Source: Kiritimatiellia bacterium (GTDB lineage: Bacteria > Verrucomicrobiota > Kiritimatiellia > RFP12 > UBA1067). From it: DNA of 64,000 nucleotides. Positions 9,975 through 19,243 of the stretch are shown in pieces (position 1 is the first letter of the stretch; the number at the start of each line of letters is the position of its first letter). The notes below the pieces were generated by a model, which was given only the letters and a program-made list of their open reading frames with translations, was not told where the DNA came from and ran no database searches. Position numbers and translations under genes: made by a program. The stretch lies in NCBI GenBank assembly GCA_050949565.1, contig JBMNFY010000020.1, positions 60,215-124,214 of the forward strand, written 5' to 3'.

Positions 9975-10090
9975 TTCCCGCTCCGCTAAGAGACGGGAAC
10001 AACCCCCGTCCCGGATTGCTTTGAATGGTAGCACTGAGGGTGCAGATTGTCGAGCCGGTGCGTAATCGGTGGATGGGTCGATTGGAACTT

Positions 10091-10116
10091 GTTGCGACCA
10101 CATAGTGGCTCGCAAC
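10091..10116. repeat. Palindrome gttgcgaccac-N3-gtggctcgcaac
   Basis: Third member of the family, with a one-base bulge. Confidence 0.7.
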
Positions 10117-10126
10117 GACGAGTGTT

Positions 10127-10201
10127 AAAACGACCGCGCCGCCTGTCTCCGGCTCCACGCCCCCATCAGGGTCACATATTCGAATATGTGACCCTCGAAC
10201 G
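10127..10201 (+). repeat. 75-bp direct repeat copy 1, containing perfect 28-bp palindrome agggtcacatattcgaatatgtgaccct (10168-10195)
   Basis: Matches 12974-13048 with 2 mismatches. Confidence 0.9.
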
Positions 10202-10239
10202 TCCGAACGCAGAACGTCGAATGATGGGTGGCACGTATT

Positions 10240-10358
10240 CAGTGTGGTGACAAGAGCCGCGCGATGCGCGGGTCGCGGCACCGCTTTTGCGCACAGCCCT
10301 GTCACTGCACCCATGCTCAAAAAGCGGCGTCGCGCGGAATACCGCTTGCCGCCGCACT
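10240..10358. repeat. REP-like palindromic element (GGAGTGCG...CCGCTTT / AAAGCGG...GCACT type)
   Basis: Left half matches 58570-58616; right half is the reverse complement of ~13130-13170. Confidence 0.7.
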
Positions 10359-10507
10359 GATCCTTTCACCAAAGTTGCGAAACACTGATATCGAAATCGG
10401 TCTTGTCCGACGCGGCGGGAAAGGGGTATGATACAAAACACAGTGGGCGCTCGAGTCGTACGCTGGGGGTCAGCGGTGGCGGGGCGCACGAGGATGGGGG
10501 AAGACGA

Positions 10508-11869
10508 ATGAAGCAGCTTTCACGGCGCGGTTTTTTGCGTACCAGCGTTGCAGCCGGTGCGTTTTCTTTGGCTGGGTATTCCAGCATGTCGATCGCCAAA
10601 CCGGCGGTGTTTCGCAAGCCGGGGGACCGGCTGAATATGGCGTTCATCGGTTCGGGCGGGCGCGGCGGGGCGAACCTTAAGGAGTTTTACGATCTGGGCG
10701 AGCAGATTGTCGCCGTGTGCGATGTCGACCGCGGACGCCTCAACCACTCTGCCAATGTGGTGAAAGAGCGTTGCCCCGATGTGCGCAAGTATCAGGATTT
10801 CCGCGAACTGCTGGCGACCGAGAAGGATCTGGACGCGGTGGTGGTGTCGACGCCCGATCACATGCACGCGGCGGCGGCGATCGCGGCCATGAAGCAGGGC
10901 TGCCACGTCTACGTTGAAAAACCGCTGGTGCGCACGGTGTGGGAGGCGCGCCGCTTTGCGGAAGTCGCCAAGGCGTGCGGCGTGATGACCCAGATGGGCA
11001 ATAACGGTAACGGTTCGGATCACCAGCGCCGCAATATCGAGATCGTGCAGTCCGGCGTGCTGGGCGATATCCGCGAGATCCATGTTTCGACCGACCGTCC
11101 GATCTGGCCGCAGGCGATCAATCGGCCGGAGGGCAGCGACCCGGTGCCGGAGACGTTGGCGTGGGACTGCTGGCTGGGCATTGCGCCGGAGCGCCCCTAC
11201 AAGAAGGATGTGTATCACTCTTTCAAATGGCGTGGCTGGTTTGACTTCGGCACCGGTGCGATGGGCGACATCGCCTGCCATAGTATGAGCTTCTTCTGGC
11301 GCGCCCTGCAACTGGGCGAGGCGATTTCGGCCGAGACCGTGAAGACGACGGAGCGTTTCTCGGAGACCTATCCGGCGGCGACGACGGTGAAGCTTGTCGT
11401 GCGCTCCGCCAAGCAGCAGAAGCCGGTCACGATCTACTGGTACGACGGTAAGACCAAGCCGGCCGACGAAGTGTGCCCGGAGGCGATTGCCACGTGGCAG
11501 AGCATCGGCGTGGGGTCCACGCTGATCATCGGCGAGAAGGGCAAGTTCATGAACGGCGCGGTCTGCATGGCGGGCGAGCCCAAGTTCCGCGGCTACGGTC
11601 AACATGAGGCGACCAAGGGCATTCCGGTCACGTTGCCGCGCGTCAAGAACCACCACTGGGAGTTTGCCGAGGCGATCCGTGGCGGCGCGACGCCCTTCTC
11701 TCATTACGATCATGCAGTGCCATTGACCGAGGCTGTGTTGCTGGGATGCATCTCGCAGCAGGTGCCGGGTGAACTGCTGTGGGATGCGTCGGCCTGTCGC
11801 TTTAAGAACAGCGAGGCGGCCAACGCGCTGTTGAAGCCCCATGTGCGCAAAGGCTGGGAGATCGGTTGA
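10508..11869 (+). CDS. Tat-exported Gfo/Idh/MocA family oxidoreductase
   Basis: SRRGFL Tat motif; IGSGGRG Rossmann motif; STPDHMH; VEKP. Confidence 0.92.
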   Translation: MKQLSRRGFLRTSVAAGAFSLAGYSSMSIAKPAVFRKPGDRLNMAFIGSGGRGGANLKEFYDLGEQIVAVCDVDRGRLNHSANVVKERCPDVRKYQDFRELLATEKDLDAVVVSTPDHMHAAAAIAAMKQGCHVYVEKPLVRTVWEARRFAEVAKACGVMTQMGNNGNGSDHQRRNIEIVQSGVLGDIREIHVSTDRPIWPQAINRPEGSDPVPETLAWDCWLGIAPERPYKKDVYHSFKWRGWFDFGTGAMGDIACHSMSFFWRALQLGEAISAETVKTTERFSETYPAATTVKLVVRSAKQQKPVTIYWYDGKTKPADEVCPEAIATWQSIGVGSTLIIGEKGKFMNGAVCMAGEPKFRGYGQHEATKGIPVTLPRVKNHHWEFAEAIRGGATPFSHYDHAVPLTEAVLLGCISQQVPGELLWDASACRFKNSEAANALLKPHVRKGWEIG

Positions 11870-11931
11870 ACAGGATATGTCCGGGCGGCATCCGCCCGGG
11901 AAGACGTGATAGCAAAGAAGGAGACGGCGAT

Positions 11932-12774
11932 ATGAAGACACGGCGTGAGTTTATGAAGGGTGCGGGGCTTGCGTGCGCGGGCCTTGCGGCGTTGCGCGGC
12001 AGCGCGAGGACGGTGGCGGGCGCCAAGAAGATTCCGGTCGGTATTCAACTCTACTCGTTCCGCAAGCAGGGCGAAAAGGACTTTGCGGGAATCATCAAGA
12101 AGTCGGCCGAATTGGGTTTCGCCGGTGTGGAGTTCGCGGGGTACGGGCCGTATGGCGGCAAACCGGCTGAACTCAAGAAGATGCTTGATGACGCGGGGTT
12201 GAAGGCGTTCGGCACGCACACGGGGCACAACCTGATCCAGCCGGACCAGATTCAGAAGACGATCGATTTCCATAAGGCGCTGGGGTGTCCTTACATCATC
12301 GTGCCGTGGATCGATCCGAAACAGATGGCGACGAAGGACGCCTGCCTCAAACTCGCCGAAGCGCTCACGCGTGCGAGCGACACCGCGCAGGCGGCCGGCC
12401 TGTATGTGGGCTATCACGCGCACGGCGGCGACTTCAAAAAGATCGACGGCGACCGCACCTCGTGGGATGTGCTCTTCGATCACACGCCGAAGGCCTTTAT
12501 CCATCAGATCGACTTGGGCAACTGCTTGGGCGGCGGTGGCGATCCTTACGCCATGATCGCTCGTTATCCCGGACGGTCACTGAGTGTGCATCTCAAAGAG
12601 CACGGCGGTCCGAAAGGAGCGGTGTTCGGGCAGGGTACCGTCGACTTCAAGCGCGCGTTGACGCTGTGTGAGCAGGTCGGCGGCACGACCTGCTACGTGA
12701 TCGAGCACGAGAGCGATCCCGAACATGCGTTCGAGGCCGCCAAGAAGTGCTTGGATTACGTGGCATCGCTGTAG
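11932..12774 (+). CDS. Tat-exported sugar phosphate isomerase/epimerase (xylose-isomerase-like TIM barrel)
   Basis: TRREFM; GIQLYS, YHAH, DLGN, HLKE and IEHE motifs; RBS aggaga. Confidence 0.9.
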   Translation: MKTRREFMKGAGLACAGLAALRGSARTVAGAKKIPVGIQLYSFRKQGEKDFAGIIKKSAELGFAGVEFAGYGPYGGKPAELKKMLDDAGLKAFGTHTGHNLIQPDQIQKTIDFHKALGCPYIIVPWIDPKQMATKDACLKLAEALTRASDTAQAAGLYVGYHAHGGDFKKIDGDRTSWDVLFDHTPKAFIHQIDLGNCLGGGGDPYAMIARYPGRSLSVHLKEHGGPKGAVFGQGTVDFKRALTLCEQVGGTTCYVIEHESDPEHAFEAAKKCLDYVASL

Positions 12775-12874
12775 GCGCCTCCGCGCACAGCGCGGAGAGT
12801 GGTTTCAGGTTTTCTGGTTTCAGGGCTCGCGGAGCGCCGGGAGGGACGAGCGTCTGCTCGTCCGGCGGCGTAAA

Positions 12875-12927
12875 CGCCGCCCACAGAACCGCCGCCCACA
12901 GAACCGCCGCCCACAGAACCGCCGCCC
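12875..12927 (+). repeat. Tandem repeat, 3.5 x cgccgcccacagaac
   Basis: 15-bp unit at 12875, 12890 and 12905, partial at 12920; grows out of REP hairpin ggcggcgtaaacgccgcc. Confidence 0.9.
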
Positions 12928-12973
12928 CGGGATTCGACGCCACATATTCCGTGGCCTGAAGGGCCTCCTCAAA

Positions 12974-13048
12974 AAAACGGCCGCGCCGCCTGTCTCCGGC
13001 TCCATGCCCCCATCAGGGTCACATATTCGAATATGTGACCCTCGAACG
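12974..13048 (+). repeat. 75-bp direct repeat copy 2 with 28-bp palindrome (13015-13042)
   Basis: Matches 10127-10201. Confidence 0.9.
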
Positions 13049-13207
13049 CCGAACGCATGATTTGGAAGGCGAGTGTCCCCACGAGCCGTATAGCTTGAGC
13101 GTTAAAAGTTGAGCGTTGCACGGATTTGGAGTGCGTGCGGCAAGCGGTATTCCGCGCGACGCCGCTTTTGGGGTTACCAAGGGACAGGTAATTAGACGGC
13201 TGTGGGT

Positions 13208-14008
13208 TTAGCGGGTGCACAAGATACGCCACGGGAAGAAGTAGACGGCGTAGACCACGGCATAGACGATGAACGATTCGAGCTTGAGGAAGTGGCAGGC
13301 TGCGAAGAAAAAAATCAGCAGGTGCATGCGTACCACGTTCCGGTAGGGGCGGACCATGGCGGTGCCAAAGATTTCGGGGTTCAGGCGTTTTGACGGGGGC
13401 GCCGGAGTGTCCGGGCAAGCATGCGAATTGTCGTCGCGGCGCCGGGAGCGGATGGCGGTGCGCAGCGGCTTGAAGATCTGTTCCCGCTCGGCGATCAGCA
13501 CCGGTATGAGAAAGAGCCCGTACGGCTTCATGAGGTGTTTGGAAGCCAGCGCCAACAGGAGCGGCGGATTTGTAAAGGCCGCGCCGAAACCTTCGCGCGG
13601 CACGCCGTCGAGCGGGAAAAAGCCTTGAAGGAAAACAGAATGTCCGGCGTGAAAGCCGCAGAAGTGGAGCGAGAAGAAGCCTAGGAAAAAGAGCCCCCCG
13701 AGAATCCCGGCAAAGACAATTGAGGGTTTCGATGCCGACTTGGCATCGACAACGTTGAGTACGCGCAGACTAATGCAGGCTGCAGCCCCCAGAGCGGCGA
13801 GGAGCGTGGCGTATCCGGAGATCAAGCTGCTCAGCCAGAGACTCCAGACGAGGTCGCGCGTCTCCCACTCGAGCAGGTAGGCCATGCTCAGTCCGATGAC
13901 GAACGCAAACAGGTCGGGCAGCGTGCGGCGCCACGTCGGCGCATCGGTGCCGCCGGTTGCAGAGACTGTTGCCGGCGTGCCGTCATTCCTCGCGCGCTTT
14001 GTCTTCAT
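13208..14008 (-). CDS. Integral membrane protein (DUF6498-like)
   Basis: Multiple TM segments; FFSLHF and PYRNVVRMH motifs; overlaps the 3' end of gltA. Confidence 0.7.
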   Translation of the reverse strand: MKTKRARNDGTPATVSATGGTDAPTWRRTLPDLFAFVIGLSMAYLLEWETRDLVWSLWLSSLISGYATLLAALGAAACISLRVLNVVDAKSASKPSIVFAGILGGLFFLGFFSLHFCGFHAGHSVFLQGFFPLDGVPREGFGAAFTNPPLLLALASKHLMKPYGLFLIPVLIAEREQIFKPLRTAIRSRRRDDNSHACPDTPAPPSKRLNPEIFGTAMVRPYRNVVRMHLLIFFFAACHFLKLESFIVYAVVYAVYFFPWRILCTR

Positions 14009-15296
14009 CGCGGAGCAGTCGCATATTCGGGCCGATATAAATCTGGCGCGGGCGTTGGAGCTTGAAGCGCGGATCTTCGCGGGCCTCTTTCCAGTGCGCG
14101 ATCCAGCCGGGCAGACGTCCGAGCGCGAACATCACGGTGAACATCTCCTTGGGGATGCCGATGGCGCGGTAGATGATGCCGCTGTAGAAATCCACGTTGG
14201 GGTAGAGGTTGCGCGACAGGAAATACTCGTCGTTCAGGCCGTAATCCTCAAGCTCATGCGCGATGTCGAGCAGCGGGTCATTGACCTCGAGCTTTTTGAG
14301 CAGGTCGTGGCAACATGCCTTGATGATTTTCGCGCGCGGGTCGTAAGTCTTGTAAACGCGGTGCCCAAAACCGTAGAGCAGTTTGTGGCCTTTTGAGGCT
14401 TTGATTTGCTCAACGTAGTCGCGCACGCTCTGACCGCTGTCGCGGATTTCTTCGAGCATGTCGATCACCATCTGATTCGCACCGCCGTGCAGCGGCCCCC
14501 AGAGGGCGCAGATGCCGGCCGATACCGAGGCGTAGAGGTTGACGCGCGCGCTGCCGACAAGCCGCACGGCTGCGGTCGAACAGTTCTGCTCGTGGTCGGC
14601 ATGGAGGATCAGGAGGATGTTTAGCGCCCGCACGATCTCCGGTCGGATTTCATACGGGCAGACCGGCGAACTGAACATCATGTTGAGGAAGTTCGCGCAG
14701 TACTTGAGGTCGTGGCGCGGATAGACAAAAGGCTCGCCGATCGATTTCTTGTATGAAAACGCGGCGATTGTGCGCAGCTTGCTCATCAGGCGCGTGGCGG
14801 CGATGCGGATCTCCTCCTCGGGCTCGTCGGGGCGGTGCTGCGTCAGTTCGGGGTAGAAGGTTGACAGCGACACCACCATCGCGGAAAGAATCGCCATCGG
14901 GTGGGCGCGATCCGGGAAGCGGTAGAAAAAATGCCGCATGTCTTCGTGGATCATCGAGTGCTCGTTCAAGAGGCTCGACCACCTCGTACGTTCGTCCGGG
15001 GTGGGCATGTGCCCGTTGATCAACAGATAGGCGACTTCCACAAAGCGCGAGTGGGCGGCGAGATCCTCGACCGGATACCCTCGATAGCGCAAAATCCCTT
15101 TTTCGCCATCCAGATAGGTGATGGCGCTTTCGCAGGAACTGGTGTTGAGGTAGCCGTAGTCTAAAGTAACGGCACCGGTTTTTTTGCGCAATGCGGTGAT
15201 ATCGATTCCGAGTTCGTGCTCGCTACCGGTGATTACCGGGAACTCGTGGTCCTGACCACGGAAGTGGAGAGAGGCAATGTCGTCAGATGTAGGCAT
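13983..15296 (-). CDS. gltA: Citrate synthase
   Basis: GILRYRGY, HADHEQNCST, GPLHGGAN, GFGHRVYK, YPNVDFYSG. Confidence 0.97.
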   Translation of the reverse strand: MPTSDDIASLHFRGQDHEFPVITGSEHELGIDITALRKKTGAVTLDYGYLNTSSCESAITYLDGEKGILRYRGYPVEDLAAHSRFVEVAYLLINGHMPTPDERTRWSSLLNEHSMIHEDMRHFFYRFPDRAHPMAILSAMVVSLSTFYPELTQHRPDEPEEEIRIAATRLMSKLRTIAAFSYKKSIGEPFVYPRHDLKYCANFLNMMFSSPVCPYEIRPEIVRALNILLILHADHEQNCSTAAVRLVGSARVNLYASVSAGICALWGPLHGGANQMVIDMLEEIRDSGQSVRDYVEQIKASKGHKLLYGFGHRVYKTYDPRAKIIKACCHDLLKKLEVNDPLLDIAHELEDYGLNDEYFLSRNLYPNVDFYSGIIYRAIGIPKEMFTVMFALGRLPGWIAHWKEAREDPRFKLQRPRQIYIGPNMRLLRDEDKAREE

Positions 15297-15352
15297 AGAG
15301 ACCTTTGTGTGCGGTTATCGGGGGTGGTGGAAAAGGCGAGCGGACAGATGGG

Positions 15353-16147
15353 TCACTTGCCCGCACCGTTGAGGCGCTGCGCAAAGAACCAGCTAAGGAC
15401 CGCGTTGTCGTCATAGGTGCGGGTCCAGACGTTGTGGCCGGCGCCGGGATACTCGCGGTATTGGATGTTGCCGCCGCACGCCTTGAGGGCGTTGACCATG
15501 TCGCGCGAACGGTTTACGGGCACGGCACCGTCTTTATCGCCGTGGAAGGTCCAGATCGGGACGCGTTTGATGGCCGGTGCCTGCGCGGTGTCGCCGCCAC
15601 CGCAGATCGGCAGGGCCGCCGCGAACAGTTTCGGTTCACGCTGGATGGCATCCCATGTGCCGTAGCCGCCCATCGAGATGCCGGTTACGTACACGCGCGC
15701 TGGATCGACCGGCAGGGATGCCATGGTTGTGCGGACCAGTTCCAGTGCCAGACGCATGGAGTATGACGGTTCGGCGGGCATGGTGTGCGACGGCGCATCC
15801 CAGGGAACTTCGACCCAGCGCTTTCCTGCCGGGCATTGCGGGATCAGCAGGATGGCGGGATCGTTGGCCTGCTGGCCATAACGGATCAGCGATGCGATGC
15901 CGTGTACGAGCTGGCTGACGTTGTTGGTGCCGCGCTCGCCGGCGCCGTGCAGGAACAGGACAAGCGGGAGCTTGCGGTCGGCGGCTACGCCGGTCGGCCG
16001 GTAGAGGCGGTAGAGTAGTTTCTCACCTGCGGAATTACTGAAGCACTCGGCAGTGGTCAGCTCGGCGGGGGATTGTGCGTACAACGGAGCACGCATCACG
16101 CACAGGAGCGCAACGGCAAAACAGGCAAACAGGTTGTGGGGGTTCAT
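15353..16147 (-). CDS. Secreted alpha/beta-hydrolase (esterase/peptidase)
   Basis: LFLHGAGERG, GISMGG, FHGDKD, GAGH; signal peptide. Confidence 0.88.
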   Translation of the reverse strand: MNPHNLFACFAVALLCVMRAPLYAQSPAELTTAECFSNSAGEKLLYRLYRPTGVAADRKLPLVLFLHGAGERGTNNVSQLVHGIASLIRYGQQANDPAILLIPQCPAGKRWVEVPWDAPSHTMPAEPSYSMRLALELVRTTMASLPVDPARVYVTGISMGGYGTWDAIQREPKLFAAALPICGGGDTAQAPAIKRVPIWTFHGDKDGAVPVNRSRDMVNALKACGGNIQYREYPGAGHNVWTRTYDDNAVLSWFFAQRLNGAGK

Positions 16148-16199
16148 GTTGGACGATCCTTTCAAAACGCAGTGGCACAAAACTCAAAAAACGTCCCAA

Positions 16200-16276
16200 A
16201 GGATAACAATGCGTGGCACGGGCTGTCAAACAGGAAGGATTTTCGCATTGCCGATCGGGGTCTTAAAACGTATGAT
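16200..16276. promoter_or_regulatory. Putative divergent sigma70 promoters
   Basis: Plus strand: TTGCCG-N17-TATGAT (16248-16276) before ftsH. Minus strand: TTGACA-N18-TATCCT (16229-16200) before the esterase. Confidence 0.5.
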
Positions 16277-16284
16277 ATGCGGCT

Positions 16285-18345
16285 ATGTCTAATGAGCCTC
16301 AAAATAAACGTGAGATGCCCCCCAAGCAACCTCCGGTTTTGCCTCCGTCGACTGAAAAGAAAGAGAGGGACGCCGCTGGTGCCATACCGCCCAAGCGGGT
16401 GTTCGGGGCGTGGCTGGTGGTGGGGATGCTGCTGCTCCTCATGCTGGGCATGATTTACCACAAGCCGGAAGGCGAGTTCAAACCGATTGATCAGCTCGCA
16501 TTCCGTCGCATGGTCAAGGAGGGGCAGATCGAAGAGGTCTCGCTGGTGCGCGAGGCCAACGGCATCACCTATCTGCGTGGAACGAAAAAGGGCGTGTCCA
16601 AGGAGCGGTTCCGCGTCAATGTGATACCCTCCGAGAATCTCGAGCAGTTCCTGTTGGAGAACAATATTCCGTGTCCGGTGGTGAACAGCAACAACTTTTT
16701 CGGTCCGTTGTTGCGCGAACTGCTGATGATCGCGCTCTTTCTGGGGGTGCTCTACTTTGTGTTCTTCCGCCAAGTCAGGTCGGCCAACATGGGGGCCATG
16801 AGCTTCGGCAAGAGCCGGGCCAAAATGCTCAGCCAGGATAAGAAAAAGGTTACCTTCGCAAATGTGGCCGGTATTCAAGAGGCGAAAGAGGAGGTGCAGG
16901 AGATCGTCGAGTTCCTGAAAGATCCGCAGAAGTTTCAGAAGTTGGGCGGACGCATCCCCAAGGGCGTGCTGTTGATGGGGCCGCCCGGCACGGGCAAGAC
17001 GCTACTGGCGAAGGCAATCGCCGGGGAGGCAGGCGTGCCCTTCTTCAGTATCAGCGGGTCTGACTTCGTCGAGATGTTCGTGGGTGTGGGGGCGTCGCGC
17101 GTGCGCGATATGTTTGAGCAGGGCAAGAAGCATGCGCCCTGCCTGATCTTCATCGACGAGATCGATGCTGTCGGGCGCAGCCGTTTCTCCGGTATCGGCG
17201 GCGGCCACGACGAGCGCGAGCAGACGCTCAATGCGTTGCTGGTGGAGATGGACGGCTTTGAGACTTCGGAGGGCGTGATCATCATTGCGGCGACCAACCG
17301 TGCCGACGTGTTGGATCCGGCGTTGTTGCGCCCGGGGCGTTTTGACCGTCAGATCATCATCGACCTGCCGACGCTTTCCGGCCGCAAGGAGATTCTCGAC
17401 ATGCATGCGCAGAAGATCAAGCTCTCGCCCGGCGCGGATCTGTCACGTATTGCGCGCGGTACGCCGGGTTTCTCCGGTGCCGATCTTGCCAATTTGCTCA
17501 ACGAGGCCGCGTTGCTGGCCGCGCGCTGCGGCAAGCGGTCGGTGGAGCACATCGACCTTGAAGAGGCACGCGACAAGGTGTTGTGGGGCCGTGAGCGTCG
17601 CAGCCGCGCCATGGAGGACCGCGAGCGCCTCATCACGGCGTGGCATGAGTCCGGCCACGCGCTGTTGCAAGTGTTGTGCGAACATGCCGAGCCGTTGCAC
17701 AAGGTCACGATTATTCCGCGCGGGCAGGCGCTGGGAGCGACGATGTCGCTGCCGGAGCGTGACGTGCTCAACCGTACTAAGAAGGAGTTGCTCGATCAGT
17801 TGGTCGTGCTGATGGGGGGACGTATCGCGGAGCAGATGTTCACCGGTGACCTGTCGACCGGCGCGCGTATGGATATCAAGATGGCCAGTGAGATCGCGCG
17901 CAAAATGGTTTGCGCCTACGGCATGAGCGATGCTTTCGGGTTCCAGTCGTTCGGCGATAATCAGGAGACGCTCTTCCTTGGCCGCGAGGTGGCGCGCCAT
18001 CAGGCTTACAGCGAGGCCACGGCGCGTAAGATTGATGAGGAGGTCGATCGGCTGGTATCGGAAGCCTACGCGCGGGCTTCGCAGATGTTGGCGGAGAACC
18101 GTAAGCGACTCGAGTTGTTGGTGGAGCACTTGCTTGAGGCTGAGACCATGGACGGCCGCGATGTTGAGGAGTTGATCAAAGAGGGGCGGATTCGGAACGA
18201 TGACGAACGCGCTGCTCAAGAGTCGGCGCATGAGGATTCGGAAGACGCGCCGCCCGCTATTGACGAGCCTCTGGCGCAGCCTGCCGATGATACGCCCGTA
18301 TCCGAGGAGGATGGCGCGGTACCGCCGCCGCTGCCGGGGGAGTGA
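16285..18345 (+). CDS. ftsH: ATP-dependent zinc metalloprotease FtsH
   Basis: Two TM helices; GPPGTGKT; FIDEID; SRH; HESGH. Confidence 0.97.
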   Translation: MSNEPQNKREMPPKQPPVLPPSTEKKERDAAGAIPPKRVFGAWLVVGMLLLLMLGMIYHKPEGEFKPIDQLAFRRMVKEGQIEEVSLVREANGITYLRGTKKGVSKERFRVNVIPSENLEQFLLENNIPCPVVNSNNFFGPLLRELLMIALFLGVLYFVFFRQVRSANMGAMSFGKSRAKMLSQDKKKVTFANVAGIQEAKEEVQEIVEFLKDPQKFQKLGGRIPKGVLLMGPPGTGKTLLAKAIAGEAGVPFFSISGSDFVEMFVGVGASRVRDMFEQGKKHAPCLIFIDEIDAVGRSRFSGIGGGHDEREQTLNALLVEMDGFETSEGVIIIAATNRADVLDPALLRPGRFDRQIIIDLPTLSGRKEILDMHAQKIKLSPGADLSRIARGTPGFSGADLANLLNEAALLAARCGKRSVEHIDLEEARDKVLWGRERRSRAMEDRERLITAWHESGHALLQVLCEHAEPLHKVTIIPRGQALGATMSLPERDVLNRTKKELLDQLVVLMGGRIAEQMFTGDLSTGARMDIKMASEIARKMVCAYGMSDAFGFQSFGDNQETLFLGREVARHQAYSEATARKIDEEVDRLVSEAYARASQMLAENRKRLELLVEHLLEAETMDGRDVEELIKEGRIRNDDERAAQESAHEDSEDAPPAIDEPLAQPADDTPVSEEDGAVPPPLPGE

Positions 18346-18382
18346 CGAACGAGGCTGTGCGCCGAGTGCAAGAGTGAACGTT

Positions 18383-19234
18383 ATGGATGAACGATCTGTC
18401 CAGTTTCAAGAGTGGCAATGCCGGGAACGGCGTCTGCCGTTGACACGGCCTCTGGTGATGGGCATTGTCAATGTGACGCCTGACTCGTTTTCCGATGGCG
18501 GCAAGTGGTTCGACGAGGAACGCGCCGTGGCCCATGCGCTGGAGTTGGTGGAGGAGGGGGCGGACATTCTTGACATCGGCGGTGAGTCGACGCAGCCGGG
18601 CATCGCACCGGTCAGCGAGGACGAGGAGTGCCGGCGCGTGCTGCCGGTGATCCGTCGTGTGACGGCAGTCAGCGATGTACCGATATCGGTCGATACGCGT
18701 AACGCCGCTGTTGCGCGCGAGGCGGTCGCGGTCGGCGCGTGTATTGTGAACGACGTGATGCCGTTCGCCGGTGATGTCGCGATGGCGGCGGTGGTGCGTG
18801 AGACCGGCGCGGGGATGGTTGCCATGCACATGCGCGGTACTCCGCAGGATATGGCGGGACTTACGGGCTACGATGACGTGGTGGGCGAGGTTGAGGAGGA
18901 GCTGCGCAAGGCGTTGGTTTTTGCCGCCGAACAAGGCATCGCGGCGGGACAGATGGTCATTGATCCTGGTATCGGCTTCGCCAAGGACACGGCGCAGAAT
19001 GTGGCACTGTTGGCGGCCACGGAACGATTCACGCGGCTTGCGCCGGTGCTGATCGGTGTGTCTCGCAAGCGGTTCATCGGTGAACTGTGCAACGAACCCG
19101 TGCCGACCGAACGGGTGGGGGGCAGTGTCGGGATTGCGGTTTGGTGTGCGATGCACGGCGCTGCCGTGGTGCGCGTCCACGATGTTAAAGCGACCCGTCA
19201 GGCGTTGACCGTTGTGCAGGCGTTGATGGCTTAA
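18383..19234 (+). CDS. folP: Dihydropteroate synthase
   Basis: MGIVNVTPDSFSDGG, DIGGEST, DPGIGF, SRK, RVHDV. Confidence 0.96.
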   Translation: MDERSVQFQEWQCRERRLPLTRPLVMGIVNVTPDSFSDGGKWFDEERAVAHALELVEEGADILDIGGESTQPGIAPVSEDEECRRVLPVIRRVTAVSDVPISVDTRNAAVAREAVAVGACIVNDVMPFAGDVAMAAVVRETGAGMVAMHMRGTPQDMAGLTGYDDVVGEVEEELRKALVFAAEQGIAAGQMVIDPGIGFAKDTAQNVALLAATERFTRLAPVLIGVSRKRFIGELCNEPVPTERVGGSVGIAVWCAMHGAAVVRVHDVKATRQALTVVQALMA

Positions 19235-19243
19235 GGCGCAATC

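Noticed and set aside
12875-12927. Coding repeat (AAVLW / RRPQN peptides)
   Set aside because: Intergenic slippage expansion of a REP end; no RBS or coding signal.
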